Positions 45,502-58,539 of a stretch of 64,000 nt of DNA are shown here, one piece after another. The notes beneath the pieces were generated by a model that saw only the letters and a list, made by a program, of their open reading frames with translations, was not told where the DNA came from and made no database searches. The stretch covers positions 32,001 through 96,000 of the forward strand of contig CAWGED010000019.1 in assembly GCA_963821525.1 (NCBI GenBank), given 5' to 3'. The stretch comes from an uncultured Gemmatimonadales bacterium (GTDB taxonomy: Bacteria > Gemmatimonadota > Gemmatimonadetes > Gemmatimonadales > GWC2-71-9). Position numbers and translations under genes: made by a program. The stretch's first letter is position 1. Each line of letters starts with the position of its first letter.

Positions 45502-46433
45502 GCGGCGAGGAGGCCGCGGAAGTACGCGATGGTCTTCACCAGCCCTTCCTCGAGCGGGACCTGGGGCTCCCACTGCAGGACGCTCCGGGCAATGGTCAGA
45601 TCGGGCTGCCGAACCTTGGGGTCATCCTCCGGCAGAGGGCGACGATCGATCTTCGAGCTCGATCGCGTGAGGCGCAGCACCGCCTCGGCCAGTTGCTGCA
45701 CCGTGAATTCTCCCGGATTGCCGATATTGGTGGGATCGGTCCTCGAGCTGCCGAAGAGCCGGTAGATCCCGTCGATGAGATCCGACACGTAGCAGAACGA
45801 GCGAGTCTGTGAACCGTCGCCGTACACAGTGAGCGGCTCGCCTCGCAGTGCCTGCACGATGAAGTTCGACACGACTCTCCCGTCCCCCGGCCGCATCCGC
45901 GTGCCGTAGGTATTGAAGATTCGAACAATGCGGGTATCGACATGATGGTAGCGGTGATAGGCCATCGTCATGGCCTCGGCAAACCGCTTGGCCTCGTCGT
46001 ACACCCCACGCGGCCCGACCGGATTCACATGCCCCCAGTAGGTCTCGGGCTGGGGGTGAATCTGGGGATCGCCATAGACCTCGGAGGTCGAGGCCAGGAG
46101 AAATCTGGCGCCTTTGGCCTTGGCCAAACCGAGTGAATTGTGGGTGCCGAGCGAACCGACCTTGAGGGTCTGGATCGGGAGCTCGAGATAATCGATCGGG
46201 CTGGCCGGCGAGGCGAAGTGCAGGACGCCGTCGAGCGGCCCACTAAGCTCAATGAACTTGGTGACGTTGTGCTCTACGAAGGTCCACCGAGGCTGTGACT
46301 CCAGGTGGGCGATGTTGTCGCGCGACCCGGTGATGAAGTTGTCCATCCCCACGACTTCGTGGCCCTCGGCCAGGAACCGGTCGGAGAGATGTGAACCGAG
46401 GAAGCCGGCGGCGCCGGTGATGAGGACTCTCAT
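45498..46433 (-). CDS. UDP-glucuronate decarboxylase (UDP-xylose synthase)
   Basis: [44 protein letters not shown]. Confidence 0.92.
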   Translation of the reverse strand: MRVLITGAAGFLGSHLSDRFLAEGHEVVGMDNFITGSRDNIAHLESQPRWTFVEHNVTKFIELSGPLDGVLHFASPASPIDYLELPIQTLKVGSLGTHNSLGLAKAKGARFLLASTSEVYGDPQIHPQPETYWGHVNPVGPRGVYDEAKRFAEAMTMAYHRYHHVDTRIVRIFNTYGTRMRPGDGRVVSNFIVQALRGEPLTVYGDGSQTRSFCYVSDLIDGIYRLFGSSRTDPTNIGNPGEFTVQQLAEAVLRLTRSSSKIDRRPLPEDDPKVRQPDLTIARSVLQWEPQVPLEEGLVKTIAYFRGLLAA

Positions 46434-47734
46434 GGGCGGCGCCGTCCGATGCCGTGATGGTCGAAGCCCATAGCGCGCATGCGATGGGGATCAAAGAGAT
46501 TTCTTCCATCGACCACCACCGGCCGTCGCAGCAGGCTTTTCAACCGGTCGAAGTCGGGATTGCGGTACACCAGCCACTCGGTCACGATCACCAGCGCATC
46601 GGCGCCTTCGACGGCGTGATAGGGGTCGGGCGCATAGGTGATCCTGTTCCCGAAGAGCTCGCGGGCTGTATGCATGGCCTTGGGGTCATGCGCCTGCACC
46701 TTGGCCCCACCGGCGAGGAGCCCCTCAACGAGCGGGATCGACGGGCTCTCCCGCATGTCGTCGGTCTCGGCCTTGAACGCGAGACCCCAGACCCCGACAG
46801 TCTTGCCCGAGAGACCGCCCAGGGCATCCTCCGTCTTCCGCAGGAGCACCAGCTTCTGCCGGTCATTCACGGCTTCGGTCGCGGCCAGCAGATCGAACTC
46901 GAGACCGATCTCCTTGCCCGAGCGAATCAGCGCCTTCACATCCTTGGGGAAGCAGGAACCGCCGTAGCCAGGCCCTGGGAACAGGAAGGCCTGCCCGATG
47001 CGGCGGTCGGTACCGATGCCCTGGCGGACTTCCCTCACGTCCGCTCCAACGCGCTCGCAGAATTCGGCGATCTGGTTCATGAACGAGATCCGGGTGGCCA
47101 GCATGGCGTTCGCGGCATACTTCGTCACCTCGGCGGATGGAATGTCCATGAACAGAACCGGATTCCCGGTCCGCACGAACGGCGAGTAGAGCTCCGCCAT
47201 GATTTCCCGGGATTCCGCCGCGTCCACGCCAACGACGATCCGGTCGGGCTTCATGAAGTCATCGATCGCAGCGCCTTCCTTCAGGAACTCGGGGTTGGAG
47301 CAGACCCAGAAGGGGACCTTGGTTTCCGCCTTGACCGCAGCACGCACTCTCTCAGCAGTTCCAACGGGCACGGTGGACTTGGTCACCACCACCTTGGACC
47401 CATTCATGTTACGGCCGATGGTACTGGCGGCCGACAGCACGTGCTGCAGGTCGGCGGAGCCGTCCTCGTCCGGCGGAGTGCCAACCGCGATGAATACGAC
47501 CTGTGCTCCTTTGACCGCGGCGCCCACATCGGTCGTGAAGCTCAGCCGCTGTTCTGCCTGATTGCGACGGACCAGCTCCTCCAGACCCGGCTCGTAGATC
47601 GGAATATCATTGGCCTTCAGCCGTTCGACCTTCCGCGCATCAATGTCGGCGCAGACCACGTCGTTGCCGGTCTCGGCGAGGCAGGCGCCGGTAACCAGTC
47701 CTACGTATCCCGTGCCAATGACCGCGATGTGCAT
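46430..47734 (-). CDS. ugd: UDP-glucose 6-dehydrogenase
   Basis: [32 protein letters not shown]. Confidence 0.95.
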   Translation of the reverse strand: MHIAVIGTGYVGLVTGACLAETGNDVVCADIDARKVERLKANDIPIYEPGLEELVRRNQAEQRLSFTTDVGAAVKGAQVVFIAVGTPPDEDGSADLQHVLSAASTIGRNMNGSKVVVTKSTVPVGTAERVRAAVKAETKVPFWVCSNPEFLKEGAAIDDFMKPDRIVVGVDAAESREIMAELYSPFVRTGNPVLFMDIPSAEVTKYAANAMLATRISFMNQIAEFCERVGADVREVRQGIGTDRRIGQAFLFPGPGYGGSCFPKDVKALIRSGKEIGLEFDLLAATEAVNDRQKLVLLRKTEDALGGLSGKTVGVWGLAFKAETDDMRESPSIPLVEGLLAGGAKVQAHDPKAMHTARELFGNRITYAPDPYHAVEGADALVIVTEWLVYRNPDFDRLKSLLRRPVVVDGRNLFDPHRMRAMGFDHHGIGRRRP

Positions 47735-47749
47735 CGAGTGTACTCCGGC

Positions 47750-48763
47750 TCAGGCGCGACCAGGGGAGACGGGTGCGCCTCCCTGGGCCAGCGAACGGGT
47801 GGCGGCATCGAGCACCCGGACCACGCGGACTCCGTCGGCGTGATCGGCCCGGCCTTTTTCCTCGCCTCGGACCACCCGGATGAAATGCTGGAACTGGACC
47901 GTCAGCGGTTCCACGTTCGGCAGCCGGGGGATGAAGATGTCTCCCTCGCGAATCGTGAGGCTCTCGCCGTAGGACCGGTACTCGGGCGGCCGGTTCACGC
48001 CCTTGTCGTAGATCGTGAGCTTCTCCCGGGGCTGCATGTCGTCGAAGACCGCCATCTGCCGGGAGCCCACCACGGTCAAGCGACGCACCTTGTGCGGGTC
48101 GAGCCAGGACATCTGCACATGGGCCATCGCACCGGACGCGAAGGTGAGATTGAGGAAGACGACGTCTTCGATGCCGCGCTGGAGGTAGGACTTGCCCTGA
48201 GCACTCAGGGTCACCGGCATCTCACCCAGCAGATACAGGGCGACGGAGACGTCATGAGGGCCAAAGCTCCACAACGCATTTTCGTCCGGCCGGATCTGTC
48301 CGAGGTTGACGCGTTGAGAATAGAGATAGTACAAGTCTCCCAGCTCACGCTTCCCCAGCATCTCCTTCAACCGGTCGACCACCGGGTGGTACTCGAGCAG
48401 GTGTCCCACCAGGATCGGGACGTTGCGTTTCTCGGCGTTTTCCGCGAGCCGCTCGGCATCCGCCACCGTCAGGGCAAATGGCTTCTCGATCAGCGCGGGG
48501 ATGCCGGCCTCGATGGCCATGTTGCCAAGCTCGGCGTGGCTCGTGGCCGGCGTCGCGACGATGACGGCTTCGACCTTCTCCAGCAGCCTGGCGGGGGAGT
48601 CGGTAATCGTGGCCCCGGGGTACTGCTTCATGAGGCTGACGCGCACCTCGGGATTCGTCTCGCAGATCGCGACCAGCTCGGCTTCCGAAGAAGCCGCCGC
48701 GGTACGGACGTGGTTTCTCCCCCAGGCGCCCGCGCCTATGACGCCGACCTTGAGCCGGCTCAA
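47750..48763 (-). CDS. Gfo/Idh/MocA oxidoreductase (sugar-nucleotide 3-dehydrogenase, WbpB/GnnA-like)
   Basis: GAGAWG, EKP, VGH, PHD; adjacent to DegT aminotransferase. Confidence 0.8.
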   Translation of the reverse strand: MSRLKVGVIGAGAWGRNHVRTAAASSEAELVAICETNPEVRVSLMKQYPGATITDSPARLLEKVEAVIVATPATSHAELGNMAIEAGIPALIEKPFALTVADAERLAENAEKRNVPILVGHLLEYHPVVDRLKEMLGKRELGDLYYLYSQRVNLGQIRPDENALWSFGPHDVSVALYLLGEMPVTLSAQGKSYLQRGIEDVVFLNLTFASGAMAHVQMSWLDPHKVRRLTVVGSRQMAVFDDMQPREKLTIYDKGVNRPPEYRSYGESLTIREGDIFIPRLPNVEPLTVQFQHFIRVVRGEEKGRADHADGVRVVRVLDAATRSLAQGGAPVSPGRA

Positions 48764-49875
48764 CTGAAGAATCCCTTAACGGCCTGCACGACCGCCTCGC
48801 GCTGGGCCGCGCTCAACTCCGGGTAGATCGGGAGAGAAAGCACCGTGTTGGTGACCGCCTCGGTGGCCGGGAGCCGGCCTTCGGCATAACCCAGGTATCC
48901 GAAGCAAGGCTGCAGATGGAGCGGGGTGGGATAGTAGACAGCGCAGCCGATTCCCTTCTCCTTGAGGTGCGCGAGAAGCTCGTCGCGCCGCTCCACCCGA
49001 AGCGTGTACTGGTGGAAGATGTGCTCGTTGGCGGGATCGGTCTTGGGTGTGCAGACCTCGGGCATGCCCGCGAAGGCCTGGTTGTAGAAGGCGGCATGAT
49101 GCCGGCGCGCCTCGCTCCAGGCCGCGAGATGCGGAAGCTTCGCGAGCAGGATCGCGGCCTGGAGCGTGTCGAGCCGGCTGTTGGTGCCGACTTCCTCGTG
49201 ATGGTACTGCTTGGCGCCGCCGTGCAGCCGGAGTTTCCGGAGCCTGGCGGCCAGGGCGTCATTCTGGGTGACGATCATTCCGCCGTCTCCCCAGGCCCCG
49301 AGATTCTTGCTCGGGAAGAAGGAGAAGCCGGTCGCTGTGCCCAGCTCTCCAGCCATCCGCCAGGTGCCGCCGATTCGGCGCCTCGCGCCGATTGCCTGGG
49401 CCGCGTCTTCGATGACCGCCAGTCCGTGCTTTTCCGCGACTGGGAGAATCGCCTCCATCGGGGCCATCTGGCCGAACAGGTGCACGACCATGATCGCCTT
49501 GGTGCGAGGCGTGATCGCCGCTTCGATCGCGGAGGGGAGGATGTTGAAGGTGTCCGGATCGATGTCCACGAACACCGGCTTCCCGCCGGTATTGTGGATG
49601 GTTCCCGCCGTGGCGAAGAAAGTGAAGGCCGTGGTGATGACCTCGTCGCCCGGGTTGAGATTCAGCGCCTTGAGCGGCAAGAGCAGCGCGTCAGTGCCGC
49701 TGGCGCAGGCAATACCGTGTTTGGCAGCCGAGAGCTTCGCGATAGCAGCCTCGAGCTCGGGTATTTCGCTGCCCATGATGAACGCCTGGCGTTCGATCAC
49801 CGCCATCATCCGGGGCAGGACTTCCTCCCTGATGGACTGGTACTGGGCAACGAGGTCTAACAGCGGAACGTTCAC
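48760..49875 (-). CDS. DegT/DnrJ PLP aminotransferase (WbpE/GnnB-like)
   Basis: SGTDAL, EDAAQAIG, SFFPSKNLG..GDGG, NSRLDTLQAA. Confidence 0.92.
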   Translation of the reverse strand: MNVPLLDLVAQYQSIREEVLPRMMAVIERQAFIMGSEIPELEAAIAKLSAAKHGIACASGTDALLLPLKALNLNPGDEVITTAFTFFATAGTIHNTGGKPVFVDIDPDTFNILPSAIEAAITPRTKAIMVVHLFGQMAPMEAILPVAEKHGLAVIEDAAQAIGARRRIGGTWRMAGELGTATGFSFFPSKNLGAWGDGGMIVTQNDALAARLRKLRLHGGAKQYHHEEVGTNSRLDTLQAAILLAKLPHLAAWSEARRHHAAFYNQAFAGMPEVCTPKTDPANEHIFHQYTLRVERRDELLAHLKEKGIGCAVYYPTPLHLQPCFGYLGYAEGRLPATEAVTNTVLSLPIYPELSAAQREAVVQAVKGFFS

Positions 49876-49926
49876 TCCATCCTCATCGAAAACGGGGCAA
49901 AAAAGGGGACCGAAAGCGGCGGAAAG

Positions 49927-50520
49927 CTAGCCCGCGCTACGGGGAGAATCAATCATTTCGAGCAGGCCTTGACGCTCGCGATAACCCGTGCCGCAACTCG
50001 CGCAACGCGCCGAGCCATCCTTGACCGCCAGGCGGTTCCCGCACTGGCACATCCACCCTACCCGACGGGCCGGAACTCCGACCATCAGGGCGAATGCAGG
50101 CACGTCACTGGTGACTACGGCCCCGGCGCCGATGAAGCAGTATTCGCCCAGCGTCGCGCCGCAAACGATCGTCGCGTTCGCACCGATCGAGGCGCCGCGG
50201 CGGACCAGCGTTTCGCGATACTCGTTTTTTCGCGAGACGTGGCTCCGCGGATTGGTCACGTTGGTAAAGACACAGCTGGGCCCGCAGAAGACGTCGTCCT
50301 CCAGCACGACGCCTTCGTAGATCGAGACGTTGTTCTGCACCTTCACATTGTTCCCGATCCGGGTGCCGGGCATAACCACGACATTCTGCCCCAGGTTGCA
50401 CCGCTCGCCGATCACGGCACCCGGCATCACGTGGCAGAAATGCCAGATCTTGGTGCCCTTGCCGACCACCGCTCCGGCGTCGAGGTAACTGGATTCGTGC
50501 ACGAAGTAATCGGACATCAT
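49927..50520 (-). CDS. Hexapeptide-repeat N-acetyltransferase (WbpD/WlbB-like)
   Basis: IWHFCHV, KVQNNVSIYEGV, GPSCVFTNV.NPRS, GVPARRVGWMCQCG. Confidence 0.9.
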   Translation of the reverse strand: MMSDYFVHESSYLDAGAVVGKGTKIWHFCHVMPGAVIGERCNLGQNVVVMPGTRIGNNVKVQNNVSIYEGVVLEDDVFCGPSCVFTNVTNPRSHVSRKNEYRETLVRRGASIGANATIVCGATLGEYCFIGAGAVVTSDVPAFALMVGVPARRVGWMCQCGNRLAVKDGSARCASCGTGYRERQGLLEMIDSPRSAG

Positions 50521-50545
50521 AGTTCCTGTTTGGATTGAAGAGCCG

Positions 50546-50583
50546 TTTTCAATTGCCAATGCCAATCGCCAATTTGCAATTGG
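50546..50583. repeat. Degenerate heptamer tandem repeat, about 5 units of TT(G/T)CCAA
   Basis: TTTTCAA TTGCCAA TGCCAA TCGCCAA TTTGCAA, directly after the murB stop. Confidence 0.65.
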
Positions 50584-51531
50584 CTACGGCTCCGCACTGA
50601 CTGTCCCGTCCCCTCCCACGAGCTTCACTTCCAGTTCCAAATCCACCCCAAACCGATCGCGAACGGTTCGCCGCACGTGGCCGATCACCTCGCGGACCTG
50701 ACGCGCCGTCGCACCGCCCGTATTGACGATGTAATTCGCGTGCATCGGCGAGACTTGGGCTGCGCCGATGGAAAACCCCTTGAGCCCTGCCGCGTCTACC
50801 AATTGGCCCGCGGTGCGAAGGTTCGGCGCCACCGGAACCGCCGGATTGGTGAATACGCTCCCGCAGCAGGGCCGGTTGAACGGGGTGCCTTCCTGCCGCC
50901 AGCGGAAGAGGTCGTTGACCTCCTCGGTGAGGCGCGACGCGGTCTCGGGCTGCAAGCGCACCCGGGTCTCGATCACGATCGATCCGGTGAGGCCGCTCCG
51001 CCGGTAGGAGAAGGGGATCTCGTCGCGGCTCCGCTCACGGACGGTACCGTCCCAGTCCACCACGGTCACCGCTTCAATAACATCGGCCCATTCGGCTCCG
51101 TGGCAGCCCGCGTTCATGAAGACGCCGCCGCCCACGCTACCGGGAACACCAACCATCTTGTGCAGGCCGCTCCACCCCGATTCGGCGGTACGCCTTGCGG
51201 CGATCGGCGCGGGCAGACCGGCTCCGATCGTCCAACGGTCGCCGTCCGACTTGATGGCGTCGAGACCCTTGCCCAGGCGAATAACCAGGGCATCGAGGCC
51301 TTCGTCAGGTAACAGCACGTTGGAACCCAGCCCAAGCGCAAACCAGGCGACGCCTCTGCCGGTTGCCAGGCTGGCCGCACGCTCGATGTCTTCGACGGCC
51401 TTGGGGAACAGCATCGTCGCCGGGCCGCCGATCCGGTAGGTCGAATACCGGCTCAACGGCTCGGCCTCACGGACTTCCCCACTCACCGCGGCACGCAGGT
51501 CGGTCAGGAAGGTTGTTGCCCGCGCACTCAC
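50584..51531 (-). CDS. murB: UDP-N-acetylenolpyruvoylglucosamine reductase
   Basis: RIGGPA, GLGSNVL, PGSVGG..MNAG, GSVFTNP, HANYIVN, LELEV. Confidence 0.95.
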   Translation of the reverse strand: MSARATTFLTDLRAAVSGEVREAEPLSRYSTYRIGGPATMLFPKAVEDIERAASLATGRGVAWFALGLGSNVLLPDEGLDALVIRLGKGLDAIKSDGDRWTIGAGLPAPIAARRTAESGWSGLHKMVGVPGSVGGGVFMNAGCHGAEWADVIEAVTVVDWDGTVRERSRDEIPFSYRRSGLTGSIVIETRVRLQPETASRLTEEVNDLFRWRQEGTPFNRPCCGSVFTNPAVPVAPNLRTAGQLVDAAGLKGFSIGAAQVSPMHANYIVNTGGATARQVREVIGHVRRTVRDRFGVDLELEVKLVGGDGTVSAEP

Positions 51532-54500
51532 CCCGCCGTCTCCTGCAGCACGTCACGACCGAGGAGATGCCATTCCTGAAGGGACCGGACCTCGCCGACC
51601 CGGCTCTTCAACGCGATGATCGCGTCGCAAGCCGCGGCGGCAGCCGACAGCGTGGTCGTATAAGGAACCCGGTGCTGCAGCGCCGCTGCCCGGATCTGGT
51701 AGTCGTCCTGTTGGGTCAGCTTGCCCAGCGGAGTGTTGATCAGGAGCTGGATTTGTCCCGAGAGGAGCAGGTCGATGGCGTTGGGACGACCCTCGTACAC
51801 CTTGAGCACCCGTTCCGCCGGAATGCCGCGCACCCGGAGATGACGCGCCGTGCCTTCGGTCGCCAGGATCCGGAAGCCCATTTCGTGGAAGCGGCGAGCG
51901 ATAGGCACGACGTTGCCCTTGTCGTGGTCATTCACCGTGACGAAGACCGCGCCACTCTGCGGGAGCGCGCCGTCGGCCGCATGCTGTGCCTTCGCGAAGG
52001 CCATCCCGAAGGAATCGGCGATGCCCATGACCTCGCCGGTCGAGCGCATCTCGGGTCCCAGGATCAGGTCAACGCCCTGCAGCTTGTTGAAGGGGAAGAC
52101 CGCTTCCTTGACCGCGACGTAAGGTTGGACCACGTCGTCCTTGAGGCCGAGCTCGTCGAGGGTCTTCCCCACCATGACCGCGGCGGCAAGGCTGGCGAGT
52201 GAAACGCCGGTGGTCTTCGACACGAAGGGAATGGTCCGCGACGCGCGGGGGTTCACCTCGAGCACGTACACGACACCGTTCTTGATGGCGTACTGCACGT
52301 TGATCAGCCCCACCACTCCGATCTTCTCGGCGAAGGCGCGGGTGTGCTTGCGCATCTGTTCCACCTGCGCCTCGGAGATGAGATACGGCGGCAGGACGCA
52401 CGCCGAGTCGCCGGAGTGGATGCCGGCATCCTCGATGTGCTGCATGACCCCGCCGATCACGGTGCGGGTACCGTCGCAGATGGCGTCCACGTCGGCCTCG
52501 AACGCATCCTCGAGGAAGGAGTCGATGAGCACGGGGTGGTCCGGCGCCACCCGCACCGCGCGGGCGAAGTAGTCGCGCAGCGAAGGCTCGTCGTAGACGA
52601 TCTGCATGCCCCGGCCGCCGAGCACATAGGATGGGCGCACCAGCACCGGGTAGCCGACCTGCTCGGCAACCGCGACGGCTTCATCGACCGACAGCGCCGT
52701 GCCCGCGTTGGGCTGGGTGACGCCCAGCTCCCGCGCGAGGGCCTCAAACCGGCGACGATCCTCGGCCAGATCAATCGCGTCAGGCGACGTCCCGAGGATC
52801 TTTACGCCTGCGGCTTCGAGTCCACGCGCCAGCTTCAGCGGAGTCTGGCCGCCGAGCTGAACCACGACGCCGATCGGCTTCTCGGCGTGCACGATCTCGA
52901 GCACATCCTCCAGCGTCAGCGGCTCGAAGTACAGGGTGTCGGAGATGTCGTAGTCGGTCGAGACCGTCTCGGGATTGGAGTTCACCATCACCGTGCGGTA
53001 ACCCATCTCCCGGAAGGCGAGAGTGGCGCGCACGCAGCAATAGTCGAACTCGACACCCTGACCGATCCGGTTGGGACCGCTGCCCAGGATCACGATGGTG
53101 CGGTCGCCACCGGCCTGGACCTCACTCTCCTCGTCATACGAGGAGTAGAGGTAGGGCGTCGAAGAGGGGAACTCGCCGGCGCAGGTGTCTACCGTCTTGT
53201 ACGCCGGCCGTATGCCGAGGCGATGCCGCAGATCACGGATCTCGGCCTCCTGGCGACCGCGCAGGTCGGCCAGCTGGCGGTCGGAGAATCCCATGCGCTT
53301 CATCTTGCGGAGCTGGTCCTTCTGGCCGCGCTCGTCGCCCGGCTTCTTGTCGGTCCATTCGCGCTCGGCTTCAACCAGATCGCTCATCTGGCCCACGAAC
53401 CAGGGATCGATGCCGCTCCGCTCCGCGATTTCTCCGAGCGGAATGCCCATCTGCAGCGCGCGCTTTACCTGGAAGATGCGCTCCGGTGTCGGCGTACGAA
53501 TCGCCGCCTTTACCGCCTCCGGACTCAAATCGGTGAGCCGGTCGTCGGACGGATCGCGTCCGAGCACCCAGCCGGTACGGTCGGCTTCGAGGGCGCGGAA
53601 CCCCTTCTGAAAGGCTTCCTTGAACGTGCGCCCGATCGCCATGGCCTCGCCGACCGACTTCATCTGGGTGTTGAGCCGGGGATCGGCCTCGGGGAATTTC
53701 TCGAACGCGAAGCGGGGGACCTTCACCACCACGTAGTCGAGCACCGGCTCGAAGGAGGCGGGTGTCGTTCGGGTGATGTCGTTCGGCAGCTCATCGAGTC
53801 GATACCCGACGGCGACCTTGGCGCCGATGCGCGCGATCGGGAATCCGGTCGCCTTCGAGGCGAGGGCCGAAGAGCGGGAGACGCGGGGATTCATCTCGAT
53901 GACCAGCTGCTCGCCGGTCGCCGGATCCACCGCGAACTGGATGTTGCAGCCACCGGCCGCGACGCCGACTTCGCGAATGATGCGGATCGCGGCGTCGCGC
54001 ATGACCTGGTATTCCCGGTCGGTGAGCGTCATGGCCGGTGCCACGGTGATCGAATCGCCGGTATGGACGCCCATCGGGTCGAGGTTCTCGATCGAGCAGA
54101 CGATCACCACGTTGTCCGCTCCGTCCCGCATCACCTCCAGCTCGAACTCCTTCCAGCCGATGATGCTGCGCTCGATCAGCACCGAACCGACCGGCGACAG
54201 CTCGAGGCCCCGCCCGACGATCTCCTCGAACTCGTCGCGGTTGTAGGCGATCCCGCCGCCGGTCCCGCCCAGCGTGAAGGAGGGACGGATGATCGCGGGG
54301 TAGCCGGTATCGTCCACCGCCTCGAGCGCCTCCTCGATGCTGCGCACGGTGCGGCCTCGCGGGCGTCGCCAGACCGATCCGCTGCATCGCCTGGGCGAAT
54401 TCCTCGCGATCCTCCGCGATCCGGATGGCCCGCTCGTTGGCGCCGATCAGCTCGACGCCGAACCGAGCCAGGGTGCCGTCCTTGTGCAGCGCCATCGCGA

Positions 54501-54794
54501 CGTTGAGCGCGGTCTGTCCGCCCATAGTGGGCAGCAGAGCGTCGGGCCGCTCGCGCTCGATGACCTTGCGCCACCCACTCCGGCGTGACCGGCTCGACGT
54601 AGGTCCGATCGGCGATCTCCGGGTCGGTCATGATCGTGGCCGGGTTGGAGTTCACCAGGATCACCCGGTATCCCTCTTCCTTGCAGCGCGCGAACCGCCT
54701 GGGTTCCGGAATAGTCGAACTCGGCTCCCTGGCCGATTACGATCGGTCCGGATCCGATCAGGAGAATCGAGCTGAGGTCAGTCCGCTTGGGCAT
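51528..54794 (-). CDS. carB: Carbamoyl-phosphate synthase large subunit (5' part frameshifted)
   Basis: [26 protein letters not shown], two ATP-grasp domains (HTGDS, HSGDS), MGS domain. Confidence 0.97.
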
Positions 54795-55735
54795 TCACGA
54801 GATCTTTCAGTGTCTGCTCGAGAGCAATGCGCGGCTGCCAGCCGGTCGCCTTGCGGAGTCGCGTTGCGTCACCAACCAGGTGCGGGATGTCGGAGGGCCG
54901 GGTGAGCTCGGCATCGACCTCTGGCATCGCACGAATCCCTTCCAGTTCGGCCAACCGATTGAAGATCTCGGCCAGCGAGATGCCCGAGCCGCCCGCCACA
55001 TTGTAGACCTCCCCGGCTTGCCGCGAGCCAGGAGGGCGAGGTACGCCTCGACCACGTCCCGCACGTCGAGAAAGTCCCGCACCGGCTCCAGATTGCCGGT
55101 CTTCACCACCGGCGCTTTCAGCCGGCGGGCAGCCCGGATCCGCTGCGCGAAGGCCGGAACCACGATACCGCGTCGGCTCTGACCCGGCCCGGTATGCGGG
55201 AATGCCCGAGCGATGACAACCCGCAGTCCGGTCCGACGGTGCACCTCGAGCGCTGCCACCTCGGCGCCCAGCTTGCTCGCCGCATAGGGGGAACAAGGTG
55301 CCGGGTGGATCGGACTCGGTCCTCGGACGCCGCACCGCCTTCGGCGCCGTACACCTCGCCGGTCGAGACCACGAGCAGCAGCGGGTTACTGCCCAGCGCG
55401 GCCGCGCGCGATGCCCAGCGCCTCGGCCAGGCGCGCCGTTCCCGCCGCGTTCACCTCCCAGGCGAGACCGGGATCCCTCCTCGCATCGGCGCCCGAGGCG
55501 AGCGCCGCGAGGTGAATCACCGCGTCGGGCGCGGTCGAGATCGCCGAATTCACCGCGGCCTGATCGCGCAGGTCCAAGCGGGAGCCAGCGTACCGCTGCG
55601 CCGGTCGGTCTCGGAAATCGAGACCGGCGGAGTCGCGACGCGGATACAGGGCCCCGACCACCTCGTGACCAGCCGCCAGCAGCCCGGGAACCAGCCATTG
55701 GCCGACGAAGCCGCCGGCGCCGGTCACCAGCACCT

Positions 55736-55739
<4 letters not shown>
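54778..55739 (-). CDS. rmd: GDP-4-dehydro-6-deoxy-D-mannose reductase-like SDR (frameshifted)
   Basis: [41 protein letters not shown]; adjacent to gmd. Confidence 0.75.
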
Positions 55740-56719
<980 letters not shown>

Positions 56720-56733
56720 GGCATCCCCTCGGG

Positions 56734-56763
56734 TTGTGTCAACCGCCTGTCGCTGATTATACT
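56734..56763 (+). promoter_or_regulatory. Possible sigma70 promoter for rpmB, overlapping a minus-strand TATAAT for gmd
   Basis: TTGTGT-N18-TATACT on plus; TATAAT at 56761-56756 on minus. Confidence 0.4.
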
Positions 56764-56818
56764 TCGCGCCCTCGCTGGAGCCACATGGCGTGACCATTTC
56801 TGTGAAGGATGGATGACT

Positions 56819-57010
56819 ATGGCACGGGTGTGCACCGTGTGCGGCAAGGGCCCGGTCACTGGCAACAACGTCAGCCACGCGAACAACCGCACCAAGCGCC
56901 GCTGGTATCCCAACCTGCAGACCGTCCGCGTCCTGGTGGACGGCGCGCCCCGTCGGGTGCGGGTCTGCACCCAGTGCATCAAGAGTAACCGGATCAGGAA
57001 GGCCAGCTGA
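56819..57010 (+). CDS. rpmB: 50S ribosomal protein L28 (Zn-ribbon form)
   Basis: [34 protein letters not shown]...CTQC. Confidence 0.97.
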   Translation: MARVCTVCGKGPVTGNNVSHANNRTKRRWYPNLQTVRVLVDGAPRRVRVCTQCIKSNRIRKAS

Positions 57011-57051
57011 GCAGCGGGTCAGCTCCGCGGGCCGCGGCTCGCACCGGACCG

Positions 57052-57084
57052 AAAAAAAGGGGACCCTCGAGGGTCCCCTTCTTG
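57052..57084. terminator. Bidirectional intrinsic terminator between rpmB and rplQ
   Basis: Perfect palindrome AAGGGGACCCTCGAGGGTCCCCTT (57057-57080) flanked by an A7 tract and a T-rich tract. Confidence 0.85.
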
Positions 57085-57109
57085 TCATTTCGGGAGTCCG
57101 CGAGCCGCC

Positions 57110-57467
57110 TCACTCTGGCAGCAGCTCGATCCGGGCGACATCGGCGCCGTCTCCGGCGCGATGACCCAGCTTGAGGATGCGGGTGTAGCCGCCGGGACGG
57201 CCGCGAAGCGGGGGCCGAGCTCGGTGAAGAGACGGGCCAGCGACGTCGCGGTCCTGGATCTTGCTGGCCGACCAGCCGGCGGGCGTGGAGGTCGCCGCGC
57301 CGGGCGAGCGTGATGAGCTTCTCCGCGTAGGGCCGCAGCTCCTTGGCCTTGGCTTCGGTGGTGACCACCTTGCCGTGCTGGAACAGACTGGTGGCCATGT
57401 TGCTCAAGCAGCGCCCTGCGGTGCTCCGAGGTGCGGGAGAGCTGGCGTCCCTTGGCCGGTGCCGCAT
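57110..57467 (-). CDS. rplQ: 50S ribosomal protein L17 (frameshifted)
   Basis: [44 protein letters not shown]. Confidence 0.93.
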
Positions 57468-58529
57468 TAGATCTCCTCGCCCGGTCGGCGCCGGTGCGGA
57501 CGGTCGGAGGCGTGCCCGGATCGGACCACGCGCAGGTCGCCGTCGACTTCCTCGAACAGCATCCCGAAGTTGAGCTCCTCGCTGCGCAGCAGGTCGGCGA
57601 TTTCCCGCAGCGGCCTTCTCGCCCACGTTCTTCACCTTGAGCAGCTCGTCCTCGGTGTAGGCGACCAGGTCCCGCAGGGTGCGGATGTTCGAGTTCTTGA
57701 GCGAATTCAGCGAGCGCACCGAGAGTCCGAAGTCGTCGATGGGGCGGCTCAGCTGCTCCTGGAGCGCGCCGCCGGCGAGCCGGCGTTCGGCCGCTCCGGG
57801 CCGCGCGGTCGGCACCTTGCCGAACTCGACGAAGTAGCGGAAGTGCTCCTGCGCGAGGGCGGCCGCGTAGGCGATCGCGTCCTCGGGCGTGATGGTGCCG
57901 TTGGTCTCGACGCTGACCGTGAGCCGGTCGTAGTCGGTGCGCTGGCCGACGCGGGTTTCGGCGACGGTGAAGTTGGCGCGCGCGAACCGGATTGTAGATC
58001 GCGTCGATCCGCGACCAGGTCAACCGGCAGCGAGCGATCGATCGGGATGCAGCTCGGACTCGACGTAGCCCCGGCCCTTGTTGACGTAGAGCTCGCCGTT
58101 CGATCTCCCGGTCGTCCTGCAGCGTGAAGAGCAGGTGGTCGGGGTTCACGATCCGGACGGCGCCGTGGGCTGGATGTCGCGGGCGTAGACCGGGCCCGGC
58201 GCCTTCCTTCTTGATCTGGAGCACCGCCTCGTCCACGTCTTCGGCGAGGACGAGGCGTCAGCGCCTTCAGGCGCTGGATGATCTGGTGCACGTCCTCGAG
58301 GACGCCCGGGAATCGTCTGGTGCTCGTGCACCACGCCGTCGAGCCGGAAGGCCCAGACGGCGCTGCCGCGCAGCGAGGAGAGCAGCAGGCGGCGCAGCGA
58401 ATTGCCCAGCGTGTAGCCGAACCCGCGCTCCAGCGGCTGGAGGCGGAACTCGGCGGCGTTCGGGTTGTCCTCCCGCTTGGTCATCTCGACCAGGTGCGGG
58501 CGGACCAGTCCGGTCAGATCGATGGTCAT
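57467..58529 (-). CDS. rpoA: DNA-directed RNA polymerase alpha subunit (heavily frameshifted)
   Basis: [35 protein letters not shown], alpha-[14 protein letters not shown]. Confidence 0.95.
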
Positions 58530-58539
58530 CGGGCCTCAC

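Noticed and set aside
46454..48826. Long plus-strand ORFs (790 aa here, also 52344..54506 and 35930..37594)
   Set aside because: Antisense shadows of well-conserved genes, expected from high-GC codon bias; no recognisable motifs.
49886..49927. A-tract/G-tract pattern between the aminotransferase and acetyltransferase genes
   Set aside because: Too short and degenerate to call a repeat or terminator.
56994..57815. Apparent RpoA C-terminal domain-L17 fusion
   Set aside because: TAATG stop/start junction at 57469-57465 separates the genes; the region has many indels.
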